From: the human T2T-CHM13v2.0 reference genome, Homo sapiens | DNA length: 64,000 nt | Strand: one strand, 5' to 3' | Assembly: GCF_009914755.1 (NCBI RefSeq) | Contig: NC_060930.1 | Notes under the pieces: generated by a model | Seen by the model: only the letters and a program-made list of their open reading frames with translations | What the model was told of the DNA's origin: nothing | Database searches by the model: none | Shown: positions 29,501 to 43,812 of the stretch, piece after piece | Layout: the number at the start of each line of letters is the position of its first letter | Position numbering within the stretch: the stretch's first letter is position 1 | Position numbers and translations under genes: made by a program

Positions 29501-32003
29501 ATCTAGGAGGAGGGACTTCTCCCTAACTCATTCTACAAAGTTAGTATCACTCTGATACCAAAACCTAATAAAGACACATCAACAACAAAAAAAATAAAAC
29601 TGCAGGCCAATATCCCCGATGAACATACGTGCAAAAATTCTCAACAAAATACTAGCAAACTGAATCCAACAGCACATCGAAAAGTTAACTCATCATGATT
29701 AATTAGGCTTTATTCCTGGGAGGCAAGATTGGTTCAACACACACAAATCAATAAATCTGATTCACCACATAAACAGAATTAGAAACAAAAACCATATGAT
29801 CATCTCCACAGACACAGAAAAAGCTTTCAATAAAATCCAACATCCCTTCATGATAAAAACCCGCAAGAAACTAGGTATCAAAGGAACACCCTTCAAAATA
29901 ACAAGAGCTGTCTATGATAAACCCACAGCTAACAACACACTGAATAGCCAAAAAACTAGAACCATTCCCCTTGAGAACTGGAACAAGATAAGGATGCTCA
30001 CTCTCACCACTCCTATTCAGCATAGTACTGGAAGTGGTAGCCAAAGCTGTCAGGCAAGAGAAAAAAATAAAAGACATACAAATAGGAAAAAAAGAAGTCA
30101 AATTATCTCTCTTAGCAGATGATATGTTTCTATACCTAGAAAACCCTAAATACTCCACCAAAAGGCTCCTAGAATTGATAAACAATTTCAGTAAGGTTGT
30201 AGAATACAAAGTCAATGTATAAAAATCAGTAGCATTTTTATACACCAATAACATTCAAGCTGAGAACCAAATCAAGAACATGATCTCATTTACAACAGCC
30301 ACAAAGAAAATAAAATACCTAGGAATACATCTAACTAGGAGGTGAAAGATCTCTACAAGAAGAACTACAAAACACTGCTGAAAGGAATCATAGATGATAC
30401 AAACAAATGGAAAAACATTCCCTACCCATGGACTGGAAGAATCAGTATCATTAATCTGGCCATACTGCCCAAAGTAATCTACAGATTCAATGCTATTCCT
30501 ATCAAACTACCAATGTCATTTTTCAAATAACTAGAAAAAACTACTGTAAGATTCATATGGAACAAAAAAAAATCCAAATAGCCAAAGCAATATTAAGCAA
30601 GAAGAACACAGCCAGAGGCATCACATTATCCGACTTCAAACTATACTATAATACTACAGTAGCCAAAATAACTTGGCACTGGTACAAAAACAGACACATA
30701 GACTAATGGAACAGAATACAGAACCCAGAAATAAAGCCACACACCTACAGCCATCTGATCTTCAACAAAGTCAACAAAAATAAGCAATGGGGAAAGGGCT
30801 CTCTAAACAATAAATGGTGCTGGGTTCGCTGTCTAGTCATACACAGAAGAATGAAACTGGATTCCTACCTTTCACCGTATACAAAAATTAGTTCATGTGG
30901 ATTAAAGATTTAAATGTAAGACCTCAAACTGTTAAGAATCCTAGAAGAAAACCTAGGAAAAACCATTCTAGACATTAGCCTTAGGAAAGAACTTGTAATT
31001 CAGTCCTCAAAAGCAATTTCAACAAAAACAAAAATTGACAAGTGGGACATAATTAAAGGGCTTCTGCACAGCAAAAGAAACTATCAACAGAGTAAACAGA
31101 CAATCTACGGAATGGGAGAAAATATTCAAAAAACACACATCTGACAAAGGTCTAATATCCAGAACCTACAAGGAACTTAAACAAATGAACAAGCAAAAAA
31201 CAACCCCATTAAAAAATGGGCAAAAGACATGAAAAGACGCTCCTCAAAAGAAGACAGACATGCAGCCAACAAACGCAAAAAAATGCTCCATATCACTAAT
31301 CATCAGAGAAATGCAAATCAAAACCACAATGAGATACCATCTCACACCAGTCAAAATGGCTATTACTAAACAGTCAAAAAACAACAGATGCTGTGATGCT
31401 GTGGAGAAAAAGGAATAATTATACACTGTTGGTGGGAAGGTTAATTAGTTCAGCCACTATAGAAAGCAGTTTGAAGAGTTCTTGAAAAAGTTAAAACAGC
31501 ACTACAATTTGGCCCAGCAATCCCACTACTGGGTATATATCCAAATGAAAACAATTCATTCTACCAAAAAGACACATGCACTGGGCACAGTGGCCCACGC
31601 CTGTAATCCCAGCACGTTGGGAGGCCGAAGTTGGAGGATGACCTGAGGTTGGGAGTTTGAGACCAGCCTGACCAACATGGAGAAACCTTGTCTCTACTAA
31701 AAATACAAAATTAGCCAGGTGTGGTAGCGCATGCTTGTAATCCCAGCTACTCAGGAGGCTGAGGCAGAAGAATTGCTTGAACCCAGGAGGCAGAGTTTGC
31801 ACATCATTGCACTCCAGCCTGGGCAACAAGAGCGAAACTCTGTCTCAAAAAGAAAAAAAGACATGCACACACACATTCATCACAGCACTACTGACAATAG
31901 CAAAGACATGGAATCAACCTAGGTGCCTATCAACAGTGGATTAGATAAAGAAAATGTGGTACATATACACTATGGAATACTATGCAGTCATAAGAAATGG
32001 AAA
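26551..32003 (+). mobile_element. Near-full-length decayed primate L1 (old L1PA/L1PB type); ORF1 and ORF2 disrupted; 3' UTR and poly-A missing
   Basis: ORF1 remnants (RLDQAEERIAELED; IKLTVDFSAETSQARRDWGPIF). ORF2 endonuclease and RT remnants (LNVNGLN; [16 protein letters not shown]; [14 protein letters not shown]). Many stops and frameshifts. Confidence 0.92.
31579..31859 (+). mobile_element. Alu SINE (AluSp/Sq-like) inserted in L1 ORF2
   Basis: Alu body with ctgaccaacatggagaaacc; TSD-like aaaaagacacatgcac / aaaaagacatgcac. Confidence 0.9.
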
Positions 32004-34578
32004 TGGACAGAGAAAAAGAAGGCGGGGGACGGGATCAGAGGCAGCTTCACAGAGAGGCACACTTGAGTCAAAACTTGACTCACGTTTGAAAGATGAATGT
32101 GAGTTTCCAGGCATATGGGAGCTAGGGGTGCATGGAGGGGTTGTGGGTCCCCGCTGGGAAAATAGCCTGTAAGGCATAACAGGAATAACTGTGATTCACT
32201 GAGGACGTACTGTGTTAGGCACTGGAACAAGAGCTTTACAAACATTATCTCATGTACTCTTCACTGGGTGCCTATGAGGAAGGTACTATCATCCACATTT
32301 CATAAGTGAGGGAGCAAGGCCTACGGACTTCCACTAACTGCCTGAGGCCACACAGACAGGAAGAGATGGGGTAGGCCTGATTCTCTGTCTTTTGGATTCC
32401 AGAGCCTACAACCACTTCAGTATCTTTGGGCAACGATAAGCAACTTGCTGTTGCCAGAAAAGTGAGGGTCAGAGACCCTTAAAAGTGAGGGGAGGTGACC
32501 AGCCTCTGACAGTACACGTAGCAGAGGAGCTTGGCTGCCTCCCGTAGGCTGTGGTGGAGCACAGCGGCCTGAGTAGCATGGGGAGAAGCCTAACCTGCCT
32601 TTCCATTGCTCACTCTGGCAGCCTGTGAGTGCGCAGCCCCGGACAGGAGCCCATCCCAGGGACTGGCTGCACAGCTGTTCTGCAAAAGTAAAGAAACCAC
32701 GTCTCCTCAGTCCTTACACCTGACTTCTTGTAAATGTCCAGTTCTTGTTAGGTTTTCTAACATATCGCCCCTGGACTCCTGTTCTAACCTGATGTCTTAT
32801 AAACATTCAGGGCTCCTTGGAAAACCCAGGGTTTCTCTGAGGCCCCAAGTCATCCACCTGCTGAGTGAGCCCTGCTCAGATGCATTCTGGAGGGAAAAAT
32901 CACATAAATTCCCTTCCAATCTATAACTCTTCTTAAAGTCTTCCTTAATGCAATCCTCGGGGACACACACTTGACACGGCTGTACTTCTCTAAAGGAAGG
33001 GAGAATCGCTGTGGCCTAGCCCAGGCCATCTGCCACACTTGCATAGAATGTTTTTCCTATGGAAGCTTATTTTGGAATATAATCACAGAGGAAATTGAGA
33101 TAAACAGGCTTTTCCTTTTCTGGACAATTCTTAGAGATAAAATCTACTGCAGAAGGCAAGACACTTAACTTCTGCCCAGAAACTGATGTCACGTGGTTAA
33201 CGTGTGGTGGCCACATCAACTGAAGCCGACAGTGACACCGAGTCAGCATCCTGGGTGCAGCTGCCACCCTGTCACTCTCATCACATTCCACCATTCCCAG
33301 GCCACAGAGGCAAGAGGATACTCTCAAAACTTAGAGATAGCTTTAGTTTTAGGAAAATAGGACGGAAAAATATCTTATGCCTCAGAATAATAGGTGGAAT
33401 TCAATTGCTCTTCAAGGCAGCACAAGCATAATGTCCAAATAGGCTTACAAAGGCTTTCCCTAGATTGTGGGTGATTGATCTGTGGCAGGCTATTAAGGGA
33501 AGTTCAGGATGGCCAGGCTATTTTGAGGCTGATATCTTGGAGAACCCTCTCTCTCTCCTGCAAACCACTCCCTTGGCATCACTCTCAGAGACAAGCTGCT
33601 GGCCTGTGCAGCCCACACCCTGACTCAGGGTGGCATTTTTCTCAAGCCCTCTCCTTTTAAGGCCATCAGGGATCTGAGCCCCCATGGGTAGGGAACAGGC
33701 CAGGCAGCTGGAGCGTACAAGAGTCACCACTACGAATAGCTTGACTCTGAAGTTTCTAAAAGGGAACCTGGACCACCTGAGCCTCCCCAGAAGACGCCTC
33801 AGTCACATTTACCCTGCTGCTGCCATTAGTATCAGGCAGAGCCATCTGTACACGCGGGAACATGAAGGGCACTTTGCAAGACTTCAGCTGGTGGGTTAAA
33901 TGTGGCTCACAGCTGTCGCTGAGGCACACTCCCCAAAATAGTCTCAACACAGCAGTAGGAAAGATGACACAGAGGTGACTGAGACTAATAGCAATACAGT
34001 ATTACTATTATCCCTTGAATAAAGTATGTAAATCAAGGTGTTAACCATCAGGAGCAGAGAAAAGAGAGTGTTAAGTATAGGGGCTTAGCTGTAAAAAGAA
34101 TCAGAAGAAAAAGAAAAAAAAACCCTCAGTTAAAGGGCTAGATAGTCTAGAAAATTTGTTAGGTATTTATATTATTAACACAGAGCAGGGTAACACGATA
34201 GAATAGAAACCTGTTACAAACAGGCAACAACAACAACAAAATAGACAACAACCCTAGAAGAAAAATGCCTTGAAGGAAAAGCTGGAATACTGTGAGAGAC
34301 TTACCAGTGGCCTGTCTGCGTGTAACTAACTCCTCATCCCGACTTGGTCACGCAAAGGACAGGTGACCATACCTCCAGGAAGGTGGAAAGGGGCCCTACA
34401 TGAGTGAGAGGCTCAAGTCCTGCCCAAGTGGAATCTGTGATTCTGTGATCTAAAGAAAGTTTGTGGCTATTTTTAGAAACTAAAGTTTATCTCATATTGA
34501 CACAAACTCAAAAATCAATGATACTTTGAGATATGTCATATCACAAAAAAGATTTCTCCTCTAGTACATTATCATTTA

Positions 34579-34959
<381 letters not shown>

Positions 34960-35623
34960 TTATTGATGAAAAATTGAACATAATCTAATCAAGCCTCTAA
35001 ATTTAACTGCCAATTTATAGGAAAAGACAGGACAGAACCTACAGGAATGCAATCATTTATATCTAGAATGTGGAAGATTCTGCATGACAAACGACTTGGA
35101 TTCTTCAACATGTAAATTTCAAGGAAAGAGAGAGAGAGAGAGATAAAAAGGCTTGTTTCCAGATTTGAATGACATGTTAATAGACATTTATGAGACAATC
35201 AAGGAAATTTGAACATGGACTGCATATTGAATGTTGAGGGATTATAGTTAATTTTTAAAGGTACAATTGTGATACTGTGATTATATTTTTAAATGCGATC
35301 ATTATCTTTTAGGAGCACTAAAATATTTACTAATAAAATTATAGGATTTACTTCAAAATAAACAACGATAATAAGATTACCATGAATAGTGGTGGGTGAA
35401 ATATACAAGGGGCTTATTTGACATTTCCATAATAAAAAACACGAATGAATAACAAAGCATTATAGAAATTCAAGTAAAAAATAGCTCGTGCTTAGTAATA
35501 AATCAAAGCGTGCTGGACACTTTAAATAATAAACAAAGATAAGATCTTGCCCTCTAGAAAACAGCTCTAATTCAGGACAGACTTGCTCACATCAGATGGA
35601 AGAGTCAGAATGAGATGTGCTGA

Positions 35624-35965
35624 GTAGAAGGTAGAACGGTCGCTAGCAGAGGGTGGGAAGGTGGTATGTGTGGGGGAGAGGAGAAAGAGAGGTTGATTAA
35701 TGGGTACAAACAGACAGTTAGATGGAAGGAGTGAGATCTGTTGTTCGACAGTAGAGTAGGGTGACTACAGTTAACAACAATATTTGCATATTTCAAAATA
35801 GCTAGAAGACAGGACTTGGAATGTTCCCAACACATAGAAAGGTGATGAACTCAAGGTGCTGAACACCCCAAATACCCTGACTTGATCATTATGCAATAAC
35901 AAAATATCACATGTACCCTGTAAATATGTACAAATACTACATATCAATTTAAAAATTTTCACACA
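35624..35965 (+). mobile_element. L1MA-like 3' fragment with perfect 17-bp TSD
   Basis: L1MA 3' UTR motifs (tttcaaaatagctagaaga, aatatcacatgtaccc); agaatgagatgtgctga at 35607-35623 and 35966-35982. Confidence 0.8.
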
Positions 35966-36325
35966 AGAATGAGATGTGCTGATGCATGTGGAGGCCCTAG
36001 CTCCAGACTGGGTGTAAACTTCAAGCCACTGAAGATCTTATTTCCAAGGTTTTTCTACTTTGAAATTCCAAACTTATTTTTCTAGCAGATTTATAAGGGA
36101 CACGGGACAACATAAACTTGTTAAAGTGACAAGAGAAAGTAAATATGCCCTTAAATTTATACCAAATCTTCTGACAAGTCTTGACTGATAATTGTTTCCT
36201 TCAAATTTGTGAAAAACATGAGAGAAAACGTGTTTGTATCTCATTTTTAAGTGTGGACACTTGGCATTGCTCACGGCTTCCAACGGAATAAAATAGGGCT
36301 TAGTTGTTTTCCATTAGCTTTTTCC

Positions 36326-36327
<2 letters not shown>

Positions 36328-36365
<38 letters not shown>

Positions 36366-36371
36366 GTGTGT
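36328..36371 (+). repeat. (TG)n microsatellite
   Basis: About 18 uninterrupted TG units. Confidence 0.95.
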
Positions 36372-37637
36372 ACATATTGGCTCTAAGCATTTATTAGCCC
36401 AATAATTTTTAGTGAAACTCTCCACTTCTCAATATCTTTTGCCGTATTAGATTTTTGTAACATGTGCTAAAGGTTAAAACACCTTTTCCCCTTCATGAAG
36501 CCTGAGAGAAGTCGGTTTTCTGGGTTTTCTCAAGACAACCCAGAGGTTTTGTATACGTCTGTCTAAAAAGTCTCAGATTTTTCTTGCTAATTGTGCACCT
36601 TCATAATCAAGCAGACAAATCAGAATATTATTTTGGTGAGGCCATCATCTAAACTAACAGTCTTTATGTACAGAAGCAGCACTGACCGGGTTCATACTCC
36701 TCAGTTAGCAAGTCAACATCTTCCTCCTGCCAGCAACCCATCCCAGAATATCTGTGGCTTATTAATACTTATGAAAACAACAGTCTTCATTATTTACTAA
36801 TTAGGAGATGATCAGATGTATCTATTGATAGCAACAGGCTATTTAAAAGTGAAATAATCTATCAAACAGATTTTTTATCAACTCAAAGTTTCCAGTTAGA
36901 TATTTTTCATTAAATTGATTGCTAGATTGCAGCCACAATCAAACTTAAGTATTATAAGAAGTTTGGTTGGTCTTTTAAAATCATGCAAAAATTCAAGGGG
37001 TGCTATTAAATATAGAATTCCAAATGTATAAAGTCTTGTCCTAAAATGGTCAATAAAATGAACCAGTCCACTGGTTCATTTATAGGGGGCCAGTCCACTA
37101 CATTAATTTGGATGTTCTTCGTCTGCATTTTCATGTTTTCACACACCTGCAGTCATTGTGTACAATTCTGGACTCTTGATTTTCATTTAGCATTCTGCGT
37201 TAATATTCTGACATGTTGCTGCCAGGTCTTCATGGCCACCACTTTTAATGGCCAGAAAATATTTCATGTAGTGAACATTTCATAAATTACTTAACCATGT
37301 CCCAATTATTGGTTATTTAAGGAATTTAAAACTAAAACACCACTCTTGTGACAAAGTTCTGATGTATCCAGATGTACTCATGCCAAGTCGTCCATCAATA
37401 GTTCTGCTAAACCCTGTCAGAGCCCTTTTCTGAAGGGAACCAGGAAACATCTCACAACAAGAAGCTTAAGGCCTCTACAAAATGACTTCAGGGTTAGGAT
37501 TTCAATTTCACTCTGAGGCACATACAGGAACCACTAGGTTATTTGGCTTAGAATGGAGGGAAGTGTCATTTTGTTTCTGTTCGGCCTGCAGGAAGCTCCT
37601 TCCCAGGCCCTGCATTGCCAATTGAACAATTGAACAA

Positions 37638-37912
37638 TTCTCATTGTTCAATTCCCACCTATGAGTGAGAACATGCATTGTTTGGTTTCCTGTCCTTGCG
37701 ATAGTTTACTGAGAATGATGGTTTCCAGCTTCATCCATGTCCCTACGAAGGACATGAACTCATCATTTTTTATGGCTGCATAGTATTCCATGGTGTATAT
37801 GTGCCACATTTTCTTAATCCAGTCTATCACTGATGGACATTTGGGTTGGTTCCAAGTCTTTGCTATTGTGAATAGTACCGCAATAAACATACGTGTGCAT
37901 GTGTCTTTATAG
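37638..37912 (-). mobile_element. Young L1PA fragment (ORF2 C-terminus and start of 3' UTR), truncated at both ends
   Basis: Encodes YKDTCTRMFIAVLFTIAKTWNQPKCPSVIDWIKKMWHIYTMEYYAAIKNDEFMSFVGTWMKLETIILSKLSQGQETKQCMFSLIGGN, the L1 ORF2p C-terminus. Confidence 0.92.
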
Positions 37913-39149
37913 TGCCTAGAACATAATAGGAGCTCCAGAAATACTGTTGAAAAAATGAATAAATTGAGCACACTAAGTGTCTGAATAAAATACCCTGACC
38001 ATACCCCTAAATAAACAACATAAATAAGCAAATTTCAATTTCTCGGAAAAGTTATATTTTAGTGTCCAATGCTCTTGTTATGCAGTAATGGCATCTTTGA
38101 TTATTCATATTCGTTAGAGCTTCCAGAAAGGAGTATTGCAAATCACACGGGCCTCTGACTCTCATGACCAAATCCCCCTGTCACTGTCCTTGTTCTCTGA
38201 TCCTTCCTCTGGGCCCTCGGAAATGCTGGTCTCCATCAAATTGCTGTAAACAGTTTTCAGAAAAAGTTCTCTTTGGGAAGTTTCAAGAGAAAACCACAAA
38301 TTTCCTGGAAATGCTTCATGCTTCATGACATTTAAGGCTTTCAGAGCCTTGAACTTCAGGAGCAAGATAGCTGGTAGGTCTTCTGGAGGTCTTGCCTAAC
38401 CTGAGAAGGTCCCAGAGAATTTGTGCATAGAACCTCCCAGGAAGCAGTAAGACAGGCTGGTGCAGTCCCACAGGATGAGAAAGGTAAGAGCTTACCAATG
38501 TCTCCAGTTTTGTAAATGAATGTTCTTAGCATTTTTGGTGAGGAGAAAAAAATATCAAACCCATCACAGACAGATCAGCAGTCTCTTGACCTAGGTCACT
38601 CAAGGGGTTCTCAACAATCAATTCTAAAATGCAAGTGAAAAATGTCAATATAAGGCTAGACACAGGGGCTCATGCCTGTAATTCCAACACTTTGGAAGGC
38701 CAAGGCAGACCTAGAACTTTGTAAATCTGAGATTTTGCTCCATGACTTTGTGGATACTTTCTACTAATACCACCTACACAAAATCTTCAACCAAGAATCT
38801 TAATTGCATTTATCAACTTGTGTCCTTAGATCATAACATTTAGATTCATTTGAAAGAAATTTATTGAAGTAAAAGAAATAAGAAGAACTTGATAGCACAA
38901 AACAAAGAAAACCCAGAAAGAGAGAGAGAGAGAGAAGCAGAAAAACTAAACACTGAAACCCAGAGAGAGAGAGAGAAGTAGAAAAACTAAACACTGAGTC
39001 TTAATCTGTTCTGCCACTAGTCAGCAGCCTGCACAGAGCACTTTAATGTATTCTCTGTCCATTAGTTTCCTTGTTTATGAAAGTATATAGCTCCAAAAAA
39101 ATTCTGTGTTCTGATTTTTGTCTCTCCAAACCACAACCAGTCCCCTGCT

Positions 39150-39340
39150 CCCTTCTCTCCTCCTCCTCCTCCTTCTTCTTCTTTCTCTCTCTCTCCCTGT
39201 CTCTCTCTCTCTCTCTCTCTCTCCCCCTTTCCCTCTCCCCCACCCACCCACCTCCCAACCCCTGCATACACCTAGGACACCTCCAGCATAGGTTACTACC
39301 AATTTTGCACACCTCCAGCATAGGTTACTACCAATTTTGC
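39150..39340 (+). repeat. CT-rich simple repeat followed by a perfect 32-bp tandem duplication (39277-39340)
   Basis: (TCC)n/(TC)n tract; acacctccagcataggttactaccaattttgc x2. Confidence 0.9.
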
Positions 39341-42162
39341 TGGGTTTATCTCCTTCTGTCCTTTCCGCTTTGATCTGAGGAATAGCTGAGATTTAGGACA
39401 GCAACAAGGTGTACCTCCTTCCAGGTTATAAAACAGGATTAATGATTAGGCTCAAGGCCCCTTCCTAGTCACTCAGTAAAGTCTGTGCACTGGAAAACTG
39501 TGGTAGCAGTTTTCTGAGCATTAGAAAACTGTGGTTCTCACAGAGGCTGGATGAGTCAACACTGCCATCTGGCGGCCTCTTGGAGGGTGATGTGGAGCCT
39601 GGCTTTCATTGAAGAATGAAGGTCCCTTGATTTCCTGACCCTCAGCCAACTCTCCAGCAGCTTCTCACTGCAGAAGAGGTCAGGCCATTGGTCAGCTTGA
39701 GGACAAAGTGGGAGGATCACACTTTCGATCACCTATACTTTCTAACAATCAGCCCTGTGGACATCTGCTCACGCCCCATGCTGTTTTTAAAATATTTTCC
39801 CATTATAGAAATATTTTTCAAAGATGATTCACAAGCTCCAGGAGCCATTCAGACAAGGGAGAGCAAATTGGCAGCTAAACTCATTCAAGAGTGGAGCAGA
39901 TGCACATGAAGCTCTGTCTGGCGGAGGAGGCACAAGACACCGAGCCTGGCTGGGAGGGTGCTCATGACAAGAGTGGGGCCACAGGCCTCTCCTTTCATTG
40001 GACATAGTGGCCATACAAAGTGGCTGCCTTGAAATGCACCCACATACACTATCGGTCCTCCCGGTCTAGGGAGAAAACTAGCACAGTATGTCAACAGATA
40101 AATCAGCGCAATCCTGTGGGTGAAGCAGTGCACCCATACTCTTCATTCTGCTGAGCGGAACTCAAGGGTGAGACACTTGTATTCCTAACTCCACTTGCCT
40201 TCAGGCTCCTCCAACATTCCAAATTGCCCATGGACAGAGCTACTACCCCTCCATAGAAGTGACAACTTGAAATAAAAGATTTGAAGCTCCTTCCCACGTT
40301 TAGACCCAGGCCTGCTGCTAGGAACTCCAGAGGAGGGATGGAAAGAAGTTTGCACTGCTCACAGATTTAATGTTTCTCTCACAACCAGAAGTAGGCAGCA
40401 GGATGGATTTTCAATCAACACTAACAAACGGATCACTCCTGGGTCCTTTAAACAAGTTCCATGTCTCTTTATAGGTTTTAGGTGCCTCCTATGTGTTCAG
40501 ACTTCGTATAATGGATATATAAGAAAAGTAAATGGGAGGGGCAATATTTAAGAAATAACAGCAAACAATTGCATTCATATTTAATATAAACTACAAGTAT
40601 CAAGTTAATAGACGCTCAGAAGAAATTCATAAAATCTAGAAAAGTTGGGAAAATCTCAATAGAGAAAATAAAACTTGATCTGGACTTTAAGAGTATGATT
40701 TATAAAGTTCAAGGGGACAGTACACAAAGTCAGACAATGTTAGCTGAATCACTGAAGAATGAGAATATCACACCCACTTAACAAAGCAGCCCAGCTAGTT
40801 AAAGAAGTATGTTGAAGAGGTAGGGAGTTGGGTGGGGGAGGCGAGGATGGCGTGGAGGGATCTGAAAACTATCAACCTTAAATAATGAGATTTAGAAAAT
40901 ATGATTAAGTAGAGGGTTAATTCGAGTGCAGAGCTTGAGAATGGCCACCTGGAAACACTGACTCTAAACCAGTAAGGTTAATGTTTCAAAGTGGAGAAGT
41001 TAAGGTTTCACTTAGAAATTTTAGCAGGATCACATTTTCCATACAAGACCAGTGCATTCGCCACAGCAATTTGATTGGTTATAGATTGCTGCTCATTCCA
41101 AGATTACTTTATTACTCTGTGCGGAGGAGTAGTGATTTGAGGGGTCTTATGTCTGGTGCCTTTTTGTCTTGTTTACAGGGGAAAAGGCAGAAGTTGCGCC
41201 TGCATGCCGCATAACTCAGGCTCTGCATAGCCACATGTCTTTCAAGGCTCAGAATAATTTGAAGTTCCAACAGCTTTAAGTTTGAATTAATTTCACAAAG
41301 CGGAGAAAGACTTGGACTTCGTGCAGTAATGAAGACCACCGATGGGTACTGAACAGCTCTGGTGGGTTTGCACTCAGAGAAAGGAGCCTAAGATGCAGAA
41401 GGTGCAGTGAGGCAGCAGCCATCTGCTCTTGTGCTGCTGAGCAGAGCATGATGGGCTGTCACCGCTCACGCGTGTTCTTTACCTGCTGACTCACCTGGCG
41501 GCATGGGCTGCATATGGGGTCCCAGCTCCTTAAGCTCCTGTCAGGCCCTTCTGCAACTTCTCCCAAGCTCTTGGGCCAGGTGCATGTCTAGCCATGAAAA
41601 AGGAGGCCAGTACCTGATCACTAAGTGAAAGTTCTAAGGTAGTGGGACTGCCACAGGTGTCCCCCATGGTCCCAGGTCACAATCCAGTCTGTTGACCCTC
41701 CTCCTTTTGCACCATCGCCCCTTTGACAGCCTGTGCTATGGGTTTTAGGCTCCTAGCACCAAACAGAAACAGGCTTATATAGATCATCTAATCAGCTCTT
41801 CTTATGTGAGGCCGAACTCTGTAATAAATCTTTTTATGTCTCCTAGGGCTTCTCTGATTGAACCTGTCTGATGAGGAGTTAAAGAAGTTCTCAAATTGTG
41901 TATGCATAAGAATCACCTGGGATTTCTAGCTCAGAGACTGGGACAATAGGTCTATTGAACCTAGGAGTTCATTTTGAACAAGTGCTCTACGTAATTCTGA
42001 TACAGGGAATCTTCCAGTTACAGTTTGAAATTCACAAATACAAGGAATGAGAGACCTAGAATCAGAAAGCATGTTAATACACTTTTGGGCCATTAAGTGC
42101 TCACCCAGGTAACAGGTACAGAAAGGCAGAAAAAGGAAACCTATCAGGGTAATAATTATGCC

Positions 42163-42455
42163 TTTTTTTTTTTTTTTTTTTGAGACAGGGTCTTGCTCTA
42201 TCACCCAGGCTGGAGTGCAGTGGCACAACCACAGCTCACTGCAGCCTTGACCTCCTGGGCTCAAGTGATTCTTCCAGTTCAGCCTCTTGAGTAACTACGA
42301 CTACAGGCATGTGCCACCATCCCTGGCTCATTTTTTGTAGAGAGGGGGTTTGGCCATGCTGCACAGGCTGGTCTCAAATTCCTGGGCTCATGTGATTTCC
42401 CCACCTCAGCCTCCTAAAGTATTAGGATTACAGGCGTAAGCCACTGTGCTTGGCC
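42163..42455 (-). mobile_element. Alu SINE (AluJ-like)
   Basis: Poly-T plus reverse-complement Alu with ctgggctcaag diagnostics. Confidence 0.92.
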
Positions 42456-43318
42456 AAGACATTTTGGTAAGAAATATTATTTTCCTACTAAATTGTCTAC
42501 ATTCCCCTTGGGTAGGCTTGCAAAGTCACTGTGACTACAGCAGGAGCTATTGCTGCATGGGAAATATGGAGACACGAGTGGTACCTGGCAGTCACGGGCT
42601 CAGTTTGTTTCTAACCTCCCAAGTCAGCACAGCCCCACTGAGCAGACTGCCGGAAAGTATTTATGCCATCTGTCGGATAATTAAGACAAATCCAAACATC
42701 TACGTGCATTCTGTGTGTATAAATGGAGTCATGGCCAACCTCTCAAGCAGTTTTCCATCAATCACTTGTAATATTACCAGATACTTCCAATCCCCTTGCA
42801 GGCAGTAATGAAGAGAAAGTCTCTACATCAGCAGCTTCTCACTGGAATCTTCAAGCCTAACTCTTAAGAATGAATCATACTTCTAATGTTTATCAAAGGT
42901 TTTCTTTTCACACAAGGAATGTGCCTGAATGATCTATAAAACTACCCAAATAACTAGTAGCCAGGTTAGCTCTAGGAGCCATATGCCAAACACATTCTGG
43001 ACTAAGTCGTGTTCACTCCAAAACTAAGACCATGTTCAAAGTCTACAGCAATACTGGATTAAAACAATGTTAGCTGAAGGTTGTAAAAAAACATCATGGA
43101 ACACTAATTATGTGCCATCAATCATTACTCAATTTGTAGAACTTCCCTATACACCTTGGGAGGTGAGAACCTTATAGAAAATCCTAGATACACAACTTTA
43201 TATAAACAGAAAATTCCAAAATGGGAAATCCTTTAGAATAAGAATATACCTAGTGTATATAAAGAAGAAAAAATGTAGATTTGAAATTGGGATACTCTAC
43301 AGTTTTTAGTTGGGACAT

Positions 43319-43812
43319 TGGGATAGTTAATTTTAGGTGTCAACTTGACTGGATTAAAGGATATCAAGACAGCAGGTAAAGCATTACTTCTGGGTTTGTC
43401 TGTGAGGATGTTTCCGGAGACTGGCCTAGGAGTTTGTGGACTGAGTGCAGATCAGCCTGTGTGAGCAGGCACCATCCAACTGAATGGAGCCCAGATAGAA
43501 CCAAAAGGCAAAGGCAAATAATTCACTGTCTTTCTCCTCGAGCCAGGGACTTGATTAGCAACCCCTCACACCCAACTCCTTATTTTCAGGACTTCAAGGG
43601 TTATACCATCAGCTTCCCTGGTTGTGAGGCCTTCAGACTTGGACTGAGCCATGCTGCCAGTTTCTCTGGCTCCCCAGCTTGCAGACAGCCAGGCATGGGA
43701 ATTCTCAGTCTCAATAACTGAGTGAGCCAATTTCTTTAATAAACCCTTTCTCATCTCTCTCTATATACAAACATATCCTATTGGTTCTGAGTCTTTGGAG
43801 AATCCTCATACA
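43319..43812 (+). mobile_element. MLT2-type ERVL solo LTR
   Basis: Starts gttaattttaggtgtcaacttgactggattaaagga; ends aataaa...cctattggttctg...ggagaatcct...aca. Confidence 0.8.

Noticed and set aside
27281-30530. L1 ORF1/ORF2 fragments as an active retrotransposon
   Set aside because: Multiple stops and frameshifts, an Alu insertion and no 3' end.
33188-33196. GTCACGTGG CLEAR/USF-type E-box
   Set aside because: A single motif with no promoter context; expected by chance.
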